DNA of 64,000 nucleotides from the NCBI RefSeq assembly GCF_902713615.1, contig NW_024055482.1, positions 186,001 to 250,000 of the forward strand, read 5' to 3'. Within the stretch, counting starts at the first letter, position 1. Every line of letters starts with the position of its first letter. The position numbers were made by a program, and so were the translations under genes. The notes under the pieces were generated by a model. It was not told the DNA's origin. It did not search any database and worked only from the letters and a program-made list of their open reading frames with translations. Below are positions 57,780-64,000 of the stretch, in pieces. The DNA comes from Scyliorhinus canicula. Its lineage: Eukaryota.

Positions 57780-58520
57780 ATGTCTCACCAAATTGATTGA
57801 GTTTTTTGAAGTGGTGATAAAGAAAGGTCTGTGGATGTAGTTTAAATGGACTTCAGAAAGGCGTTTGACAAGGTCCCACATGGCAGACTGTTACAAAAAC
57901 TAAAATCACATGGGATTCGGGGTGGGCTGGCTGGCTGGATACAGAAGTGGCTTGGTTATGGGAGTCAGAGAGTAGTGGTGGAAGGGTATTTTTCTGAACG
58001 GAGATATGTAGCTAGTGGTATTCCGCAGGGGACAGTGCTGGGACCTCTGCTGTTTGCAGTGTATGTAAATGTTCTGGAGGAAAACGTGGATGGTCTAATC
58101 AGCAAGTTTGCAGATGACACGAAGATTGCTGATAGTTCCGAAGATTGGCAGATAATAAAACAGGATATGGATAGATTGGCGAACTGGGAACAGAGATGAC
58201 AGATGGAGTTTAATTCGGACAAATGCGAGTTGATGCATTTTGGAGGATCTAATCTAGGTATAAATTATACTATAAATGGCAGAACCATTATGAACATTAA
58301 CATACAGAGGGATCTGGGCATGCAAGTCCACAGGTCCGTAAAAGTGGCAATACGTGGGTTTGAGTAGGGTGATCATTGCTCGGCACAACATCGAGGGCCG
58401 AAGGGCCTGTTCTGTGCTGTACTGTTCTATGTTCTATGTAATATTGGCGGCCAAGGTGTTGAAGAAGGCATGTGGCATGCTTGCCTTCATCAGCCGGGGC
58501 ATTGAGTACAAGGAGTTGGG
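57780..58520 (+). mobile_element. CR1 RT fragment interrupted by a SINE 3' fragment (~58352-58437)
   Basis: MDFRKAFDKVPHGRL..PQGTVLGPLLF..KFADDTK; resumes after the SINE as KACGMLAFISRGIEYK. Confidence 0.8.
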
Positions 58521-58794
58521 AAATGAAGTTGCAGAGCACGGAGAACTGTACAGAACTCTGAACATGGTGAGGATTATCGACACAGTGGTACAGTGTACAG
58601 ACAAGCTATGCAAAACAGCCGACAGGGCGAGGATCATAGACACAGTGATACAATGCACAGTGAATGCTGTGCAAAACACTGAACAGGGTGAGGATTACTG
58701 ACACGCCGTGGTAAAGACATAGAGTGATGTAAATCCAGCGGAGATTTCAGCAACTTTGCCATTTTGGAAATTCAAGACACACAGTTGAAAGTAC

Positions 58795-59000
58795 AGCACG
58801 AACAAACACACAAACACGCATATAACACATAAACTCACACGAACAAACACACACATACAAAAGCACAGAAGTGCGCACACATTAACAATCACAAACACAC
58901 ACAAGCAAATACACAAACATAAGTAGAGACATACACACAAACTCACACACACGCACACAAACACAGACAAAAATGCACACAGTAACACACACAAACAAAC
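58795..59000. repeat. (CA)-rich low-complexity repeat
   Basis: acacacaaacacgcatataacacataaactcacac... seen directly. Confidence 0.9.
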
Positions 59001-60444
59001 ACAGAATATATTTATCTAGAATAATGTATTTGCAATTAGCCTTATGTGTTTGCAGGGCTGAATCTAATAATTAAACACTCTGGGGTTTGACGTTCGTTCT
59101 TCTTTACTTGGGGAATTCATATTCGTCTTTCTGTCCCCCCAGAATTATTACTTCTGTTAAAGTTTCCAACGAATGAAGGAACAAGGAGCCCTAGAGTATT
59201 TGGGTGAGGTTCATTTCAGGTGGATCAGTAGGTTATGAAAGTGGTGATCAAAGCACATAGTTTCCTGACCTCCATAACAGAGCTGAGTGATACAAAAGAG
59301 AGGAAGCGTTGGCGATGATGCATAAAAAATAATGGTTCGCCCTGAACTGGAGTGCTGTGTACATTTCCGGGAATCGCACATTGGGAATGTTATGAACGCT
59401 TCAGCAAGGGGGCCGGGAAGTTTTCCACAATTTTCCAGTGATTAAAAAAAACAGTTACTTGGATAGGTTGGAGAAGTTGGGGGTTCTTCTCTATGTCGGA
59501 TGCAAGGTTCAGATGAGATTTTGTAGAGCTGTTCAAAATCAAGTTTTTTTCGGGACCGAGTAGATAGAAATAAACGATTCCATTTTTGGAAGATTCGAGA
59601 AGCAGAACAGGACGTTGTGTTTCCATTCACCTCCTTAGTGAATGGGCCGTGGCTCCAAAAACCCACTGTGGCACAAGGCGAATTGATCACACATTTTGCC
59701 GTTTACCAACTGCACTATTTTATCCATTTGGTGGTACCTTCATTTTTTGAAGTGAGTTGTCATATACTTTTTACCCAAAAGGGACGGCAGGTGCCCCCTC
59801 CCACAGAATTACACAAACATGTCCTATCATACGTCAAAGATACGTCTCTTTACCGTTCTATCGTCGATGCAACATCGCAAAACACTGTCCGCACTTCGGG
59901 AGCACGGTGATTAGCTGTTTCTGTCATTAATGTGTGGTCAACAGGCGACAGATTATCTTCAAATGCGCACAGCATTAAAACAACCAGTTTCCAAAACCTA
60001 GTTAGTCTTGATCGAAATCTTGAAGGGGGCATAGACTCGGGTACCTGAACATCTTGTTCTCGTTTTAAAAATTATGTCAAAGGTGTCAGGAGTGGTTTCA
60101 AAACGATTCGGAAGAACGTGATCTTTTTAATGCATTGACTCAGAAAGCAGGCTGAAGGTGAAACCCTTCTGTCGGTCAATTTAACATGATTTCATACAAC
60201 AGACAGTCAAAGCGGGATCAAATATCTTCAAGGAGTACATTTAATTTTGTAATATCGCCACAATAGACAAGCCTGATTTAATTTATCAATGGATCCGAAT
60301 AAAACAAAGCCTCAGGATTTGTCATCCAATAACAACCAATTTTAGTTGCATGCTCCCATGTGAATTAAACTGGTCAGTTTTATGACAGTTAACGAGTTTT
60401 GTAAATGTAAGTTGTTTTTGATAATACACTTTGTATGATGTGGG

Positions 60445-60790
60445 GGGCAGCGCGGTAACACAGTGGTTAGCACAGTTGCTTCACAGCTCCAGGGTCCCAG
60501 GTTCGATTACCTGCTGGCTCACTGTCTGTACGGAGTCTGCACGTTCTCCCTGTGTCTGCGTGGGTTTCCTCCGGTGCTCTGGTCTCCTCTCACAATCCAA
60601 AGACGCGCAGGTTAGACGGAATGGCCATGATGAATTGCACTTAGCATCCAAAAAAAAGGCTAGCTGTTGGTTACTGGGTTACGGGGACAGGGTGGAGACG
60701 TGGACTTAAGTAGGGTGCTCTTTCCAGGAGCCGGTGCAGACTCTATGGGCAGAATAGACTCCTTCTGCACTGTAACGTCTATGGATAGCC
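60445..60790 (+). mobile_element. HE1-like SINE
   Basis: ggggcagcgcggtaacacagtggttagcac..ccaggttcgatt..gtctgcacgttctccc..tgtaacgtctatg. Confidence 0.8.
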
Positions 60791-60949
60791 GCTGGTGTCT
60801 CCCGGTAGAATTTGTGTTGTGTGGGTATAATTTGCATTCTGTGAGGAACCTGTTTTTTGCATGTCAGTCTAACTTCTGTTATGTGGGTAAGTCCGACAGC
60901 ATGTTGCTAACACTGTATCAGGCTAATTCTCCCCGATTACACCATAAGA

Positions 60950-61430
60950 CATAGAACCATAATTAGGCCACTCGGCCCATCGAGTTGCTCCACCATTCAA
61001 TCATGGCTGATATTTTTCTCATCCCCATTCTTCTGCCTTCTCCCCATAACTCCTGATCCCCTTATTAATCAAGAACCTATCTATCTCTGCCTTCAAGACG
61101 TTCTGCGAATTGGCCTCAACAGCCTGCTGCGGCAGAAATGTCCACAGATTCACTACCCTCTGGCTGAAGACGTTCCTCCTCGTCTCTGTTTTAACGGATC
61201 GTCCCTTTGGTCTGGGATTGTGTTCTCCGCTAATTTTTCCTGCAAATTGAATCATCCTCTCCATGTCCACTCTATCCAGGCCTCGCAGTATTCTGCAAGT
61301 TTCTACAAGATCCCCCCTCATCCTTCTAAACTCCAATGACTACAGACCCAGAGTCCTCAACCGATCCTCATACGACAAGGTGTTCATTCCAAGGATTGTT
61401 CTTGTGGATCAACTCTGGACCCTTTCCACG
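60950..61430 (-). mobile_element. CR1 3' end
   Basis: EFRRMRGDLVETCRILRGLDRVD..FSQRVVNLW..LKAEIDRFL (ORF 61019-61336). Confidence 0.8.
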
Positions 61431-62039
61431 GGCTGCACATCTTTCCTTTTTTTTTGGTGGCAGCTGAATTTATTTCTTTCAGGCAGGAACATAACATAAA
61501 AACAGCAGAGACCAACACTGTGCACTTCCCTCAGTGCCGAACTGAATGAAAAAAAACAATAAATTAAAAATCTGTCACCGACTTTTAAATTCCTCCCCTC
61601 CCATCTTTACAAGTTCCTCACGGCACATCTTCCAAATTGCGACTTTTTGGAAGGGAGGAGGGATGGTGGGGCGGGGAGGAGCAAAGAATGGCCCCAGAAA
61701 ATGGCCCCTGGCTCACTCAAAATGGCCACTGCTTCGTTTAAAATGGCTAGCGCCTCCTCACTCAAAATACCCACCAACCCGTTCGCTCAGGTGACGAACG
61801 CACTTTGTTTTTTACAGAAGAAAAGGGAACAAACACAGCAGTCATCCTCGAGCACCACCTAAAAATATTGTACTTCTCAGAATAAAAGGAGGAAAGCAAT
61901 CTTGAATGGATGGGCTTCGAACCGTGACCCCTGGACGGGAATTCCGATGTGCGGCCCAAAATGGCTGCCACCCCTGCTCAAATCGGCCGTCAGCTCTCCC
62001 CCTGCCCCTTACTCCTGCTCAAAATGCTCATCTTTCCTT

Positions 62040-62520
62040 AGATACGGGGTCCAAAACTTCTCACAGTACGCCAAATGGGGCATGACCAGGGCCTCATACA
62101 GCCACAGAAGTACGTCTGTTCAGTGTCCCCAGAACTTTCTCCTTAGTGATGGCCACTGCACTCACCTCTGCCCCCTGTTTCTCCTGGAGCTTTGGCATCC
62201 CACTGGTATCTTCCACCGTGAAGACTGATGCAAAGTAGCTATTCAGTTCGTCTGCCATTTCTTTGTTTCCAATTATTACTTCTCCAGCCACATTGTCCAG
62301 TGGTCCAATGTCTATTTTTGCCTCTCTCTTTATATTGAAAAAACTCTTCCCATCTTCATTTATATTAGTAGCTAGCTTGCACTCATATTTCATCTTCGCT
62401 CTCCTTATTGATATTTTAGCTGTCATCTGCTCGCTCTTAAAGGCTTCCCAATCCTCTGGCTTCTCACTAATCCTCGCCACTTTTTATGTTTTTTCTTTTG
62501 CGTTTATACTGTCCTTGAGT
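62040..62520 (-). mobile_element. CR1 ORF2 linker fragment
   Basis: KPEDWEAFK..KYECKLATNI..GNKEMADELNSYFASVFTVED. Confidence 0.75.
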
Positions 62521-63309
62521 CTAATGTCACTGAGATAAACTGGCTTCTGCGTGATGGCTATAATACTTCTTCATTGAGTCACAATAGTGAACATTCCACA
62601 TGACTAAACAGGCCTTGCTATTAATCAATTCAATTATAAACTACGCTGAGCTGCACGAGATGTCGATACCCGCTCGGTGTCTCCCTGGAGTCACTCAACA
62701 TTCTAACCCCCAACCAAACGAAAATGGAAAATGAATCCTGTGTCTGTTTTTCAAGTAACTGAATCACTCCTTTAATAAAAGTGGACGGCTGTTGCTGGAA
62801 TCAGACACAGAAAGAGAAAATACTGGGCACGGTACATCACATCCCTTCCCTCTCCACAGCTGCTGTAAGACCTTCTGGGATTGTCCACTCCTCAGTACGT
62901 TAGTGCTGTCCGTGGTAACTAACCACATGATAGAATTATTTTAGAAAGCTGTGGTTCCTGGGCATCCTGCTAGAGGGAGCAACTTGAGTATATATTTCCA
63001 AAAATCCAAACATTGGGCAGTTTCTGACTTTGCGTCTAAATTGGGCAGTATCGTGTGGATTACAATGTCACAATTGTGTTGAATTATTTTACCATTGTTT
63101 TGAGGTGGATTACATTCCTGTAGGAATGCGATATGTTCTGCAGATTCATTCTCAGCGATTTCACACTTTCGCTTAAATTTAACATTCTCATGCTTGCAAC
63201 AGTGGCGGATGTTGGGTCTAATCTGTGAAGCCACCTGACGGACAGTTTTACAGTCGATGTGGTTTTCTGTCCCAGAGGAGAAGTTAACCAGACTGAGTGT
63301 AAAACACGC

Positions 63310-63900
63310 GGCTCACTCACGCCAGCATGAAACCAATTTCATCCCCATATTCGCCAGGCACTTGCCTAGCATCCGTATCACTAGGCCAGTGTCATAGCCA
63401 CTTTACTAAAGTTTCTTATGGGTTCGGGAGTAGCATTATTGTGCCTTGCAATCACTATTTCCTGTTCTGCACTGTCACTGGGAAAGACAGCTCTTTTGAC
63501 TCCCCCACAACCTGTCTCAGATACAATCCAGCAGCTATGTCCTTTAAGATTCGGCCTACTACGTCTATGCTGGTGCTTCCCGAGGTATTCTTGATGATGG
63601 ACATTGAAGTCCCCCACCCAGAGTACATTTCGTCCCCTTGCCACCTCAGTGTTTCCTCCAAATGATGTTCAGCATGGAGGAGTACTGATTCATCAGCTGT
63701 CGGGGGATGGCACTTGGCAATCAGCAGGATGTTTATTTGTCCATGCTTCATCTGAAACCAGTTTCACGGGATCTGGGGTCGAATTTGGGCTCTCCCAGGG
63801 GAACACCCTCCCGGATGTATAGCGTTGTGCCGCCACCTCTGCTGAGTCTGTTCGACTGGTGGGACAAGGCATACGCAGGGATGGGGAGGATATGTTTCTA
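63310..63900 (-). mobile_element. LINE apurinic-endonuclease fragment
   Basis: NVLWVGDFNVHHQE; CHPPTADESVLLH..EETLR; family consistent with the KAQVRS RT fragments. Confidence 0.65.
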
Positions 63901-64000
63901 ACCTTCTCTGTGTGTGAGGAGAACACTTGTTAACCGATTTGCTGATCACTTTCCCAGTGCCAAACAGAACAGTTAATCCAGGGGTTCCTGAAGTGTCGTT

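Noticed and set aside
61445-61990. Segment with T-rich left end, repeated aaaatggc motifs and a B-box-like ggcttcgaacc, suggesting a non-autonomous retroelement
   Set aside because: No TSD, coding remnant or second copy in the window to define it.

Overview
Non-coding-rich vertebrate genomic DNA, almost certainly from a shark. This is inferred from HE1-like tRNA-derived SINEs that share 3' tails with CR1 LINEs, and from Penelope, fish-type L1 and Rex1 elements. The core (about 18-41 kb) is part of the V-segment array of a T-cell receptor alpha/delta-type locus. It holds three apparently functional leader+V genes (20703, 22098, 26942; + strand) and at least six V pseudogenes in both orientations, plus 2-3 fainter relics. 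All RSSs are V-type with 23-nt (one 24-nt) spacers. No D, J or C segment is visible. From 29.6 to 46.3 kb a duplicated tRNA gene cassette (Val, Pro, Thr, Asn, Arg) is interleaved with the V segments. The most striking observation is that all six tRNA-Pro copies (AGG-type x3, TGG x2, CGG x1) carry an 18-nt insertion at the canonical 37/38 intron position. The insertion sequence is isoacceptor-specific, and the TGG/CGG copies can form anticodon-intron pairs. Pro is not among the usual vertebrate intron-containing tRNAs. The rest is transposon debris: a Penelope insertion with inverted arms and a 13-bp TSD, a young 5'-truncated L1 with a 15-bp TSD just upstream of tRNA-Thr, a solo LTR with a 5-bp TSD, a near full-length CR1, tandem repeats and one 579-N gap. 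All calls are by-eye from sequence, without database searches.
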